Shown: one piece after another, positions 55,879 through 64,000 of the stretch
How positions within the stretch are numbered: the first letter of the stretch is position 1
How the letters are laid out: every line of letters starts with the position of its first letter
DNA from: Candidatus Woesearchaeota archaeon
GTDB lineage: Archaea > Nanobdellota > Nanobdellia > SCGC-AAA011-G17 > UBA489
NCBI GenBank assembly: GCA_964343875.1
Contig: CAYFJW010000004.1
Location: 18,395 to 82,394, forward strand
Direction of reading: 5' to 3'
DNA: 64,000 nt
Notes under the pieces: generated by a model
Databases searched by the model: none
Seen by the model: only the letters and a program-made list of their open reading frames with translations
Told to the model about the DNA's origin: nothing
Position numbers and translations under genes: made by a program

Positions 55879-56878
55879 GATTGTTTTTTTGCTTTTAGCT
55901 GTATTGTTCTTAGCAGGGTGTTCTACAATGCCTACTTCTGTTAATAACCCCTTTTCATTTGGAAGTGGTTCTGAAGAGGGTGCTGGATTAGAGCAGGAAA
56001 ATATCCAATTTAGTGGTCCTCAAAAAGGAGTAGTTGTAAGTTTTAGGAAAGGGATACCAAGCGACCCTATTAATGGTCGGTTTGGTGTTATTGTTGATGT
56101 TGCAAATTATATGGATGAATTTGCTTCAGTTAAGTTGGATGTTTGGGATTCAACACCGTTAACTGGGTTTAATTCTATTAAGGATTCTCTAAAAGATGTT
56201 GGATCTGCGACGTTTGATGATCAAGGGAGGTTTTTTGAACCAGGGATTTTAACTACAGACCTGGGTAAATTTGAATATGTTGGCGTGAGAGATGGATCTG
56301 ATACACAATTTTTTGCGAGAGTTAGATATCCAGGTCATACTGATGCAGAAGTTACCTTTTGTGTAACTGATGTCTTTGGGGAAAGTTCAACCAACTGTCC
56401 TGTAAGTCAATCTTTGTCTGGAGGAGGTCTTGGTGAAGGAAATTCAAGGGCGCCTGTTACTGTTAGAAGCGTGAAAAAAACACATGGTGGCGGAGGTGGA
56501 TCTGCTGTACTTAATTTGGATATTCAAATAAGCGATGTTGGAAGGGGGAAAACTATTGATTTGTTTGATGAAGATCCTAAAAAGAATATTGTTGAATTTA
56601 ATATAATTCCTTTGGAAGGATTTTCTGATAGCATTCGATGTAGTTCAAAGGACGCAGTTGATCAGGCAGGAAGGCATGATTCTGGTGCAACAAATTTACC
56701 AATGCAAATACAGCTTGACAAGGGAAGTTCTGCTAATGTACTTTGTAGTGCGGAAGTTAGTGTTGATTCTGCTATAAAGAATGTTAGAGCTAGGATCAGT
56801 TTGGATTATCAATATGAATATCAGACACAAACTAGCAAAATTGATGTTGCTAGTGGTGTTTCAAGGGCGAGGTCATGA
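55871..56878 (+). CDS. Lipoprotein (lipobox LFLAGC), likely starting at MRKIVFLLL
   Basis: MRKIVFLLLAVLFLAGC|STMP. Confidence 0.5.
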   Translation: MRKIVFLLLAVLFLAGCSTMPTSVNNPFSFGSGSEEGAGLEQENIQFSGPQKGVVVSFRKGIPSDPINGRFGVIVDVANYMDEFASVKLDVWDSTPLTGFNSIKDSLKDVGSATFDDQGRFFEPGILTTDLGKFEYVGVRDGSDTQFFARVRYPGHTDAEVTFCVTDVFGESSTNCPVSQSLSGGGLGEGNSRAPVTVRSVKKTHGGGGGSAVLNLDIQISDVGRGKTIDLFDEDPKKNIVEFNIIPLEGFSDSIRCSSKDAVDQAGRHDSGATNLPMQIQLDKGSSANVLCSAEVSVDSAIKNVRARISLDYQYEYQTQTSKIDVASGVSRARS

Positions 56879-56917
56879 GGGTTAGTTTTTTAAAGAACAC
56901 AACACTCAGGAAATGAG

Positions 56918-57871
56918 ATGAGGATGAACAAAAGAGGGAATGTTTTGGTTTTATTCTTCTTAGTTGGTGCTTTGTTTTTGGCCGGATGTCAAGGAACAAC
57001 TGAAGATGCACCTTTAGAGGGGCCCTATGTTGGTGGAACTCAAGGATTACAATTTGCATTTCAAGAGGGAGAACCGCCTTTATCAGTTTTAGATGATAAT
57101 CAAGAATCATTCTTCTTTACACTAGTCGTTAGGAATCTAGGAGAGTATACTGTTCCAGAGGGAAGAGCAATTGCTTCACTTAGCGGTGTAGATGCGAATG
57201 CATTTGGAATGGGTTCTTTGGATACTAAGAATATAGTGGAGATTCATAGTATGTCTCCTGATCAAGGATTTGTAATTGAAGGTGCGGAAGAGTTACTAGA
57301 GTTTGAGGAAGCAAGTTATGTTAATGATGTTGCAACAACATTTAATATTCCAATAAGGGCGGACCTTTGTTATGATTACCATACCGAAGCATTGACTGCC
57401 CCCTGTTTGAAGCAGAATGTTGTGAAGCAATCAATTGGTGATGTTTGTGAGACAAATAATCCTGCATTGCAATTGTCTAATTCAGGTGGGCCAATACAGG
57501 TAAGTGGCATGAGGCAGAAAGCAATTGGTTCAAGTAAGGTTCAGTTTACATTTACGATTGAGAACGTTGCAGATGGAATAGTTTACTTACCAGATACATT
57601 TACTGATTCCTGTAGGGGCGAAGAAAAAAATAAGGATATGGTTAAAGTGTCTTTGAGAAATCCACAGGGCAACTTCGTTGCAGAGTGTACAGCTTTAGGA
57701 AAGAGTGATAGCGGTCAGATAAGGTTGGTCAATAAGAGGAAGGAATTAACTTGTACTGTAGATACTAGTGGCTTGCAGGAAGTTAGTTATCAAGATATCT
57801 TATTTGTTGATGTGGACTATATGTACAGGGAAGCAATAACCACTAACTTGAAAGTTGAGAATGCTATTTGA
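56918..57871 (+). CDS. Lipoprotein (lipobox LFLAGC), tandem to the previous one
   Basis: MRMNKRGNVLVLFFLVGALFLAGC|QGT. Confidence 0.5.
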   Translation: MRMNKRGNVLVLFFLVGALFLAGCQGTTEDAPLEGPYVGGTQGLQFAFQEGEPPLSVLDDNQESFFFTLVVRNLGEYTVPEGRAIASLSGVDANAFGMGSLDTKNIVEIHSMSPDQGFVIEGAEELLEFEEASYVNDVATTFNIPIRADLCYDYHTEALTAPCLKQNVVKQSIGDVCETNNPALQLSNSGGPIQVSGMRQKAIGSSKVQFTFTIENVADGIVYLPDTFTDSCRGEEKNKDMVKVSLRNPQGNFVAECTALGKSDSGQIRLVNKRKELTCTVDTSGLQEVSYQDILFVDVDYMYREAITTNLKVENAI

Positions 57872-57905
57872 TTAAATTTATATAGATATTTTCTTTGTTT
57901 GTTTT

Positions 57906-58466
57906 ATGGGTTTAGACGTGTTAAAGGAAGAGTATTCTAAATGTACTAAGTGTCCTGAGCTAGTCAACTACAGGTCTCAAGTTGTGTTTGGTTCTAGGCA
58001 TTTGAATAAGTGTCCTGTTATGATAATTGGTGAGGCTCCAGGAAGGGTGGAGGATGAGAAAGGCGAACCTTTTGTCGGGAGAAGTGGGCAGATTCTTAAT
58101 CAGTTTTTGGAAGAAATTGGGTTAACTAGGGATGATGTCTTTATTACGAATACGATATTATGTAGGCCTCCAGAAAATAGGAATCCAAAAAGCGACGAAT
58201 TAGTTAATTGTAGGGGCAGATTAGATAGGACAATTGAATTATTGGATCCAAAAGTGATTATTACACTTGGTAATTTTGCAACTAAGTATTTATTGGAGAC
58301 TAAGGAGGGAATTACTAAGGTTCGCGGGAAGGTCTATGAGAAGAATGGAAGGAATATTGTTCCGATGGCACATCCGGCTGTTGTGTTGTATAATGGTGGC
58401 TCTGAGACGATTATGACTCAGTTTAGGAATGATTTTGGGGTTGTGAGGGGTCTTTTGAGGGATTGA
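57906..58466 (+). CDS. udg: Uracil-DNA glycosylase, family 4 (Fe-S containing)
   Basis: CTKCPELV, IGEAPGRVEDEKGEPFVGRSGQIL, ILCRPP, HPA motifs. Confidence 0.85.
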   Translation: MGLDVLKEEYSKCTKCPELVNYRSQVVFGSRHLNKCPVMIIGEAPGRVEDEKGEPFVGRSGQILNQFLEEIGLTRDDVFITNTILCRPPENRNPKSDELVNCRGRLDRTIELLDPKVIITLGNFATKYLLETKEGITKVRGKVYEKNGRNIVPMAHPAVVLYNGGSETIMTQFRNDFGVVRGLLRD

Positions 58467-58519
58467 AGGAAAACTTTATATATTCTTGAATGTGTATTTT
58501 ACCATCTTATGGTGGTAAA

Positions 58520-59125
58520 ATGAAGAATTCAAAATTATGTACACTGGCGATTTTAACAGCTTTATTTGTATTAACTTTTAGTGCTGTTGCTGAAGCAAGT
58601 TATTTTACTGATTTTTATGGTCCTAGAGAAACTTTCTATAGGGGCGAAGATAGCCACGATAGATATTCAAATTCATTTAGTAACTATGGTTATTCTAACC
58701 GTGCTCTGACAGATTCTCGTTTAGGTAGCTCTTTTGATTCTGTTGCAAATGGGTATGCTAATAGTAATTATGGTCAATTTAATCAAAATGGCTACGTTGC
58801 TATGAGTGATGGTTATTCTTTTACAAAAAAGCCATGTAGTACAAGAACAGTCCGTGCTAATTTTGTTGGAAGATATGGAGATTATGGGATAGTTGAGAGA
58901 GTTTGTGATGGGATCTCTGGAGACTTTTACAAGGCTAATGATTATCGAAATAATGTGAATAATAGAGTCGGATATAACCAATATGATTATGGTTCTAATG
59001 TTCACCAAAATAACCAAAGAAATAATTATGATTTGAGGGAGAACTCAAACACAGGTTACAGGAATAGTGGCTATACTTACGGCCAAGAAACATCCTTTGG
59101 TGTTGGCACAAGAATTATTTTCTAA
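58520..59125 (+). CDS. Secreted low-complexity N/Y/G/S-rich protein
   Basis: Signal peptide MKNSKLCTLAILTALFVLTFSAVAEA; body rich in NY, GY, SN repeats. Confidence 0.45.
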   Translation: MKNSKLCTLAILTALFVLTFSAVAEASYFTDFYGPRETFYRGEDSHDRYSNSFSNYGYSNRALTDSRLGSSFDSVANGYANSNYGQFNQNGYVAMSDGYSFTKKPCSTRTVRANFVGRYGDYGIVERVCDGISGDFYKANDYRNNVNNRVGYNQYDYGSNVHQNNQRNNYDLRENSNTGYRNSGYTYGQETSFGVGTRIIF

Positions 59126-59919
59126 CCTATATGGTACATATAGTTAGGTACTTCTTCTACTTGTTTCGGTTTGCTTTTTGCTTCTTGTTTCTTTTTTGAT
59201 TTCTTTATTTTTACTTTCCCTTCTTGTGGAATTACGACTTCAGCCTCTAGTTCTTTGTCTATCTTTTTCTCATTTAAGTTTAAGTTTAGTTTTTTATTAA
59301 GATGCTTTACTACTTTCCTTGCTTCATTTAGCCCGATGTAACCAGGATTTTCAAAAGTTTCAACTAGCATTGTAATTGCAGGTATTCTTTTTCTTCCTGC
59401 GAGTCCTGGAAGTAGGCCTGTAACTCCCACTATTGGGCCTATGAATTCGTGTAATTGTTTTTCTGTCTTTCTACCGTGTGCGTATTTTTTCAACATGTCT
59501 TTGTTATTTGCTGTGAAGTACATGCTAGGATCGTCCGGTACTTCTTGTAAGGCTATCCCTCCAAGAGTTATGATTTCTTTTCCCTTTGTCTTTTCAAACG
59601 CTTCAATTAGGGTGTTACAGAATGAATGACATGAGTTCTCTGTTGTTGGTTGAACATCCCCTGATAGTAAAAGAATGTTTCTTCCCTTAATTTTGGCAGA
59701 GTAGATCTCTATGCTGGGTAGTTCGATTAGGTTGCTTTCGTTGACGAATACGTAATGTGGCATTTCATTTGATCGCATTTCGTATAGTTTCTTAGCATTG
59801 AGAGCGTCAATTAAGTATTCGACTGCAATCTTCCCAACGTTTCCAACGCCCGGGAGCCCTTCTATTAAGATTGGGTTCTTTGCAATATTCTTTGTTGTTT
59901 TATTAATTGTCCAACTCAT
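59122..59919 (-). CDS. PAC2-family proteasome-assembly-chaperone-like protein, probably starting at MSWTINK
   Basis: ILIEGLPGVGNVGKIAVEYL matches the PAC2 family signature. The upstream 11 codons of the track ORF overlap the nop10 frame. Confidence 0.65.
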   Translation of the reverse strand: MSWTINKTTKNIAKNPILIEGLPGVGNVGKIAVEYLIDALNAKKLYEMRSNEMPHYVFVNESNLIELPSIEIYSAKIKGRNILLLSGDVQPTTENSCHSFCNTLIEAFEKTKGKEIITLGGIALQEVPDDPSMYFTANNKDMLKKYAHGRKTEKQLHEFIGPIVGVTGLLPGLAGRKRIPAITMLVETFENPGYIGLNEARKVVKHLNKKLNLNLNEKKIDKELEAEVVIPQEGKVKIKKSKKKQEAKSKPKQVEEVPNYMYHIG

Positions 59920-60073
59920 TTTGTTTTTTTGCAATTCTCCTATATTTCCCATATTTATCTTCTGGACTAAATTTTGCAGGTTTTGGAGTTATTGTTTTAG
60001 AATTACACTCGTTACATTCCTTTTCCAATGTATATCCGTTGCAATCTTTACATTGCAGAATTTCTGTTTTCAT
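59903..60073 (-). CDS. nop10: H/ACA ribonucleoprotein subunit Nop10 (56 aa), absent from the ORF track
   Basis: MKTEILQCKDCNGYTLEKECNECNSKTITPKPAKFSPEDKYGKYRRIAKK with Zn-ribbon CxxC...CxxC and the conserved FSPEDKY(G)KYR motif. Confidence 0.8.
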   Translation of the reverse strand: MKTEILQCKDCNGYTLEKECNECNSKTITPKPAKFSPEDKYGKYRRIAKKQNELDN

Positions 60074-60867
60074 TTCTTTGGTTTGTGGACTTCAAAATGG
60101 CCTTTTTCTTTTTCTATCTCTGTTTTTATTGTTTCTAATATTTCTTCTGTTTGGCTTTCTAGTTCTTTTGGTTCTGATGCTGTGATTGTGATGTTGTACT
60201 TTGGTGCCGAAATGTAGTTAATTTTTACATTATATTCCTTCTTTTTTGCTAGTTCCATTGCCTTCTTTAATGTTTTCTTTATGGATTCAATTCCATCGCT
60301 TGTTGGGCAGGATAATTCTAAGTCCCTTATGTTCTTTATTTCTTTTGGTTTTAGTCTTATTTTTATTGTTTCTTCTAAAAGGTTACTAATTTTTTTGTCT
60401 AGCCCCATCTCTTCTAAGACATTAATTTCTCCTTCTGCCACTTCTTGGAATGCCTGACCTATTGTTTCATAGTCTTTGGATAATTTTGATTTAATGTCTC
60501 TGTGGATTTTTTGTGGGTCAAGTTTAAGTTGTTTGGAAATTGATTCAATTATCTTTTTACATTTGTCTTCTAATTTGATTTCTTTTAGTTTGTTTAGTTT
60601 TTGTCCTGTTGTAACCCTTCTCAATGATAGATCTAGGTTCCCGTATCTCTCATTTCTTCTTAGGACCTTGCAAATAATCTTTTTTCCTTCCTTAACGAAG
60701 TCTCTTATGGTTCTAATTCTTCCAGGAGAGATTTCAGAAATATGGATGATTCCTTCTTTATGTTCGTATTCTTCTAGTTCTACAAAAACTGTTGTTCTTT
60801 GGATTTTTTTAACTATGCAGACGACGATTTCTCCCTCTTCTGGGAATCCTTTTTTCTTTTGCTGCAT
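60070..60867 (-). CDS. eif2a: Translation initiation factor 2 alpha subunit (aIF2 alpha)
   Basis: N-terminal S1 domain (PEEGEIVVCIVKKIQRTTVFVELEEY...GIIHISEIS), helical and C-terminal alpha-beta domains; 265 aa. Confidence 0.88.
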   Translation of the reverse strand: MQQKKKGFPEEGEIVVCIVKKIQRTTVFVELEEYEHKEGIIHISEISPGRIRTIRDFVKEGKKIICKVLRRNERYGNLDLSLRRVTTGQKLNKLKEIKLEDKCKKIIESISKQLKLDPQKIHRDIKSKLSKDYETIGQAFQEVAEGEINVLEEMGLDKKISNLLEETIKIRLKPKEIKNIRDLELSCPTSDGIESIKKTLKKAMELAKKKEYNVKINYISAPKYNITITASEPKELESQTEEILETIKTEIEKEKGHFEVHKPKK

Positions 60868-61055
60868 TAGCTTAGTACCTCGAGAATTCTAGCCTTAATT
60901 ACTCCCTTGCCTCCACTTGGGTCTGCAAGTTCTTTTCCACAGACAGTGCAAATTACTTTAGAAGCAGGCTTTCCAAAAATTACTTGGTTGTTCTTACATT
61001 TTGAACATGAAACCTTGATGAACTTGCTCTTTGGCTCTCTGATTAAATCTTTCAT
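60867..61055 (-). CDS. rps27e: Ribosomal protein S27e, starting at MKDLIREPKSKFIKV
   Basis: C4 zinc finger VSCSKCKNNQVIFGKPASKVICTVCGKEL. Confidence 0.85.
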   Translation of the reverse strand: MKDLIREPKSKFIKVSCSKCKNNQVIFGKPASKVICTVCGKELADPSGGKGVIKARILEVLS

Positions 61056-61142
61056 TTTAGTGGTATTTTTCGATTTTTGTTTATAAATCTTCTCTTTTGA
61101 TTTTACGTAATGTTTATATATTTCTCTCTTTATAAATAAAAT

Positions 61143-61376
61143 ATGGGTAGGGTGAAGATAAAGAAGAGGGGTCCATCTAAGGTGCATGGTATCTTAGATA
61201 TTATAGCCGTTCTATTAGGGATACTTCTTGTTTTGATCTTGGCTTTTTCTGGCGGTTCATTGAAATACTGGAAGTATAATACATTTAATGGTCTTTATGG
61301 GCCCGTTGCGCCTTTGGTTTTAGTATTCTTTATAATAATACTAATTGTAATTTATTTGAGGTTTAATGAGAACTAA
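61143..61376 (+). CDS. Small membrane protein, hypothetical
   Basis: 77 aa with 2 TM helices in the gap between ribosomal genes. Confidence 0.3.
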   Translation: MGRVKIKKRGPSKVHGILDIIAVLLGILLVLILAFSGGSLKYWKYNTFNGLYGPVAPLVLVFFIIILIVIYLRFNEN

Positions 61377-61693
61377 GTTTTATCTTCTATTGCTAGTTTT
61401 TTAGCCCTGGTGCCAGAGGATTTTACTTGGGTTTTCTTGCAAGTCTTGCAAGTCAATCTGAAGTCTGATTTTTTTGATGTTTTTGCTCCAATTCTCTTCC
61501 ATGCAGAGATAGCTTTTCTTGAGAATTTTCCATGATTCCCAAATCCTGCTTTTGCGGAACCTCTTCTTGTAAGTCTTGCCATAGAACCTTTTTTTAGTGT
61601 TCCCCTGTCTCTCTTTTTAGCAAGAGCTACGGTGTGTTCCGTCTGGGCTTTACATTTTGGACAAAATGTTTTCTTACTTTTTGGAGTTTTCAA
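61373..61693 (-). CDS. rpl44e: Ribosomal protein L44e
   Basis: KTFCPKCKAQTEHTV ... CKTCKK zinc ribbon with a lysine-rich body. Confidence 0.85.
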   Translation of the reverse strand: MKTPKSKKTFCPKCKAQTEHTVALAKKRDRGTLKKGSMARLTRRGSAKAGFGNHGKFSRKAISAWKRIGAKTSKKSDFRLTCKTCKKTQVKSSGTRAKKLAIEDKT

Positions 61694-62315
61694 TTTCTAT
61701 TTCCTCTGCTCTTTTTCTTGTGATTAAGAGTTCGGCAGTTTTCTTTGGCAAAAAGGACATATCTTCTTGTTCGAATGGCCCGTAAATGTTCAAGTCATCA
61801 GCAACGAATTTGGGTACTGAGTGCAAGAATCTCACCATTCTGCCGTTTTCTGATTCGTTTTGTTCTGTTTTTATATCTTTTGGTGTTACTTCTTTTTCTT
61901 TAATTGCTACCTTTTTGCTCTTTAGGATGTTATGTAGTATTCCTTCCCTGTAGTTGTCTAGGAGTGCTAAGACTTCGGAGTATAGTCTTTTTTCTTCTGG
62001 GAGCATATTCACTCCAGATTCTTTGATATTGGCTCTTGACGAGAGCATTGCTAGATTTACAATTTTATTTTCCCTTTTTTCATAGAATTCTTTTATTATT
62101 TTTTTTGCATTTTCTAGTTGCAATTGTGTTTTTTTGGAATCTGAGGAGAATATCGAGTCTGAGGATTGCTCTGTTTTGAGGACTGCCTTTTTTTCTTCTA
62201 AGTATTGGGTTGTTTGACTGAAGAAGTCTTCATCTAGCTTTTGCAGTTCTGGATTGATCTTCTCCTTCCTGAGTAGCTCAAAGAGCGTTTCGAATGTTAA
62301 CATTAAATCCCCCAC
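61674..62315 (-). CDS. GINS-subunit-like protein (Gins51/Gins15 family), low confidence
   Basis: N-terminal LFELLRKEKINPELQKLDEDFFSQTTQYLEE resembles the GINS A-domain start. C-terminal VRFLHSVPKFVADDLNIYGPFEQEDMSFLPKKTAELL resembles the B domain. Confidence 0.4.
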   Translation of the reverse strand: MGDLMLTFETLFELLRKEKINPELQKLDEDFFSQTTQYLEEKKAVLKTEQSSDSIFSSDSKKTQLQLENAKKIIKEFYEKRENKIVNLAMLSSRANIKESGVNMLPEEKRLYSEVLALLDNYREGILHNILKSKKVAIKEKEVTPKDIKTEQNESENGRMVRFLHSVPKFVADDLNIYGPFEQEDMSFLPKKTAELLITRKRAEEIEIENSKK

Positions 62316-62389
62316 CGTAATCTATGAGGGAGGCTTATTAAATTTTATGGCTAGGAAAGCTTATAACCTCCTTTTAAAGGGATTTAGTT

Positions 62390-63334
62390 ATGAAGATCAA
62401 AGTAGTAGAAGAGGACTTTAGGGTTGAAGAGGTAGCTTCTTTTGATTTTAAGAAGTTTGATGAAATTGAAGGTCAAGTCTATGGTTGTTTTTTGCTTGAG
62501 AAGAAAAGAAGGAATACTCCAGAGGTAATCTCTGAAGTTGCTAGACGTCTAAGGATTAAGATGAGGTCTATTGGTTTTGGCGGAAACAAAGATGGGATGG
62601 CCGTTACAAAACAATTTATTTCTATTCCTTTAGATTCTGAAGATGTTTCTAGCGTTACTAATCTTGAGATTGATGGGGTTTCTTTGAAATTTGTTGGATG
62701 GTTAGAGGATAGAATTACACTTGGTAGTTTGATTGGGAATAAATTTGAAATTGTTGTGAGGGGACTTGAAAACGAAAAGGAAATTAAGGTTGATAAGGTG
62801 AAGAATTTTTTTGGAGAACAGAGATTTGGAAGTAATAACGTTGATGTTGGAAGGGCTTTGGTGTTAAATAATTTTGAAGAGGCTTGTAGACTACTTAAAT
62901 TAGATGTAACTGATAGGAATTTTGTGAATGCTCTTAGGGAGATAGATGCGAGGCAGTTGAGATTTTACGTTAGTGCCTACCAGTCATGGTTGTGGAATAA
63001 AGTTGCTGAAAAAGTTGAGGATGTTGAGGAAATTGAGCTACTTGGTTTTTTAACAGAGTTTGATAATGGGGTTATTTCTGAGCTATATGAAGAAATATTG
63101 CTGAAAGAAGGTGTTGTGAAAGAGAAATTTATGATTAAACAGTTGAAAGAAGCGAGTTTGGAAGGTTCTAAGAGGGGCTTGTTCATGGACGTTAAGGGGT
63201 TTTCTTATTCTTGGGGTGAGGACGAACTTTTGGATGGAAAGAAAAAATGTAAATTGCTTTTTGAGCTGGATAAGGGCTGTTATGCAACTGTCGTGGTGGA
63301 TTTTATTTTTGGTCCTTCTTGGAAAAGTATTTAA
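62390..63334 (+). CDS. truD: tRNA pseudouridine synthase TruD/Pus7 family
   Basis: Catalytic-Asp box IGFGGNKDGMAVTKQF and the NFFGEQRFG motif. Confidence 0.78.
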   Translation: MKIKVVEEDFRVEEVASFDFKKFDEIEGQVYGCFLLEKKRRNTPEVISEVARRLRIKMRSIGFGGNKDGMAVTKQFISIPLDSEDVSSVTNLEIDGVSLKFVGWLEDRITLGSLIGNKFEIVVRGLENEKEIKVDKVKNFFGEQRFGSNNVDVGRALVLNNFEEACRLLKLDVTDRNFVNALREIDARQLRFYVSAYQSWLWNKVAEKVEDVEEIELLGFLTEFDNGVISELYEEILLKEGVVKEKFMIKQLKEASLEGSKRGLFMDVKGFSYSWGEDELLDGKKKCKLLFELDKGCYATVVVDFIFGPSWKSI

Positions 63335-63357
63335 GCTATAGTGTTTAGTTTTTTATA

Positions 63358-64000
63358 TGAGGGGTGTGGATAGAGAGCGGAAGATGCTCCATGAGCACGA
63401 GATAGTTTTATCTTCATTTATGTTTGCATTTCTTGTTATAGGTATGTTTGTTTGGGGATTTGATGCTAGTGCATTGGATTACTCTGTGAATGGTGTTACA
63501 TTAGCGGATGGAACTTCTTTTAATGTTGTAGCGGAAAATGGTGTTGAAGAAACTGTTGACATTATTTTAGCTAATCCTTTAGAAGACAATCTTGATGGTC
63601 TTGCTATTGTTGTTTTGGAAATTGATTCGGCATGTGAAGTGTTAAGTGAAGAGGTTCTTGTTGAGGCTTCATCCGTTTGCGATACCTTTGGTTATGAATT
63701 TTTAGATGGTTCTGTTGTCTACCCTGGCGAATCTATTAGGATTAGGCTGATGTTCATTTCTGAAAACACTGTTAGTTCTGAAAGCGTCTTTAATGTGATT
63801 ACTACTGACGGAATTAAAACATTTACAGTTAAATTTGATTCCTCAGTTGATGGTGGTTTAGCGGAAGGGGATTTGTTTGATAATCCTTTACTTAATCTGT
63901 TAAAGGGTGCACTTGGTATAGATGGAGGGGCATCTGTTGAAGGTCTCTTAGATCCTATAACTTATGTAGATAGTATGACTAATTTGGGACTTACTCTACA
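63358..64000 (+). CDS. Secreted or membrane-anchored protein, partial at the window end
   Basis: Open frame from MRGVDRERKMLHEHEIVLSSFMFAFLVIGMFVWG to the window edge. Confidence 0.4.

Noticed and set aside
59798-60217. 139-aa + ORF and 59907..60185 ORF
   Set aside because: Antisense to nop10 and the aIF2alpha N-terminus. Leu/Phe-rich shadow frames.
1-64000. rRNA genes, CRISPR arrays and additional tRNAs
   Set aside because: No long GC-rich structured stretches or regularly spaced 25-40-bp repeats were seen. Only one tRNA-like cloverleaf (46993..47064) could be folded by eye. A tRNAscan run could reveal others I missed.

Overview
This window looks like a compact, low-GC archaeal chromosome segment, possibly from a DPANN-like lineage with small overlapping genes, but that lineage call is an inference. 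Core content: (1) a replication module in which an origin-like region with two inverted ORB-like boxes flanking an AT-rich tract sits at about 10207-10610 immediately upstream of cdc6/orc1, followed by the small and large subunits of DNA polymerase D (PolD). (2) Membrane LonB protease, an HTH regulator-IscS-IscU-(DUF1858-IscA) Fe-S operon, a Hef-like helicase and XPF-type nuclease encoded as two overlapping genes, TraB, RadA, UDG family 4, a GGR-like reductase, HIT, aEF-1beta, and the conserved L44e-S27e-aIF2alpha-Nop10-PAC2 block plus GINS-like and TruD genes. (3) A large type IV pilus / archaellum-like surface-structure locus at about 27.4-43.3 kb: an unusually long FlaI/PilB-type ATPase, a FlaJ/PilC-type platform, a membrane protein carrying 20 uninterrupted collagen-like G-X-Y triplets, and at least 8 pilin-like genes with class-III signal peptides; the A24 prepilin peptidase lies distally at about 50 kb with more pilin-like genes at 44.4 and 53.1 kb. 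(4) The left end (1-7300) looks like a mobile-element remnant: a partial tyrosine recombinase at the window edge, a PRTase-fold protein, two paralogous coiled-coil wHTH proteins flanking an iteron array, a Q/N-rich repeat duplication scar and an IS1634-like transposase N-terminal fragment. Also notable: a tRNA-Arg(GCG) on the minus strand whose 5' half is overlapped by the 3' end of a free-standing double-motif LAGLIDADG endonuclease gene, a voltage-sensor-domain-only membrane protein, three tandem paralogous membrane proteins, and two tandem lipobox lipoproteins. No CRISPR array and no rRNA gene were seen. Coordinates I derived myself (not from the ORF track) may be off by a few nt.
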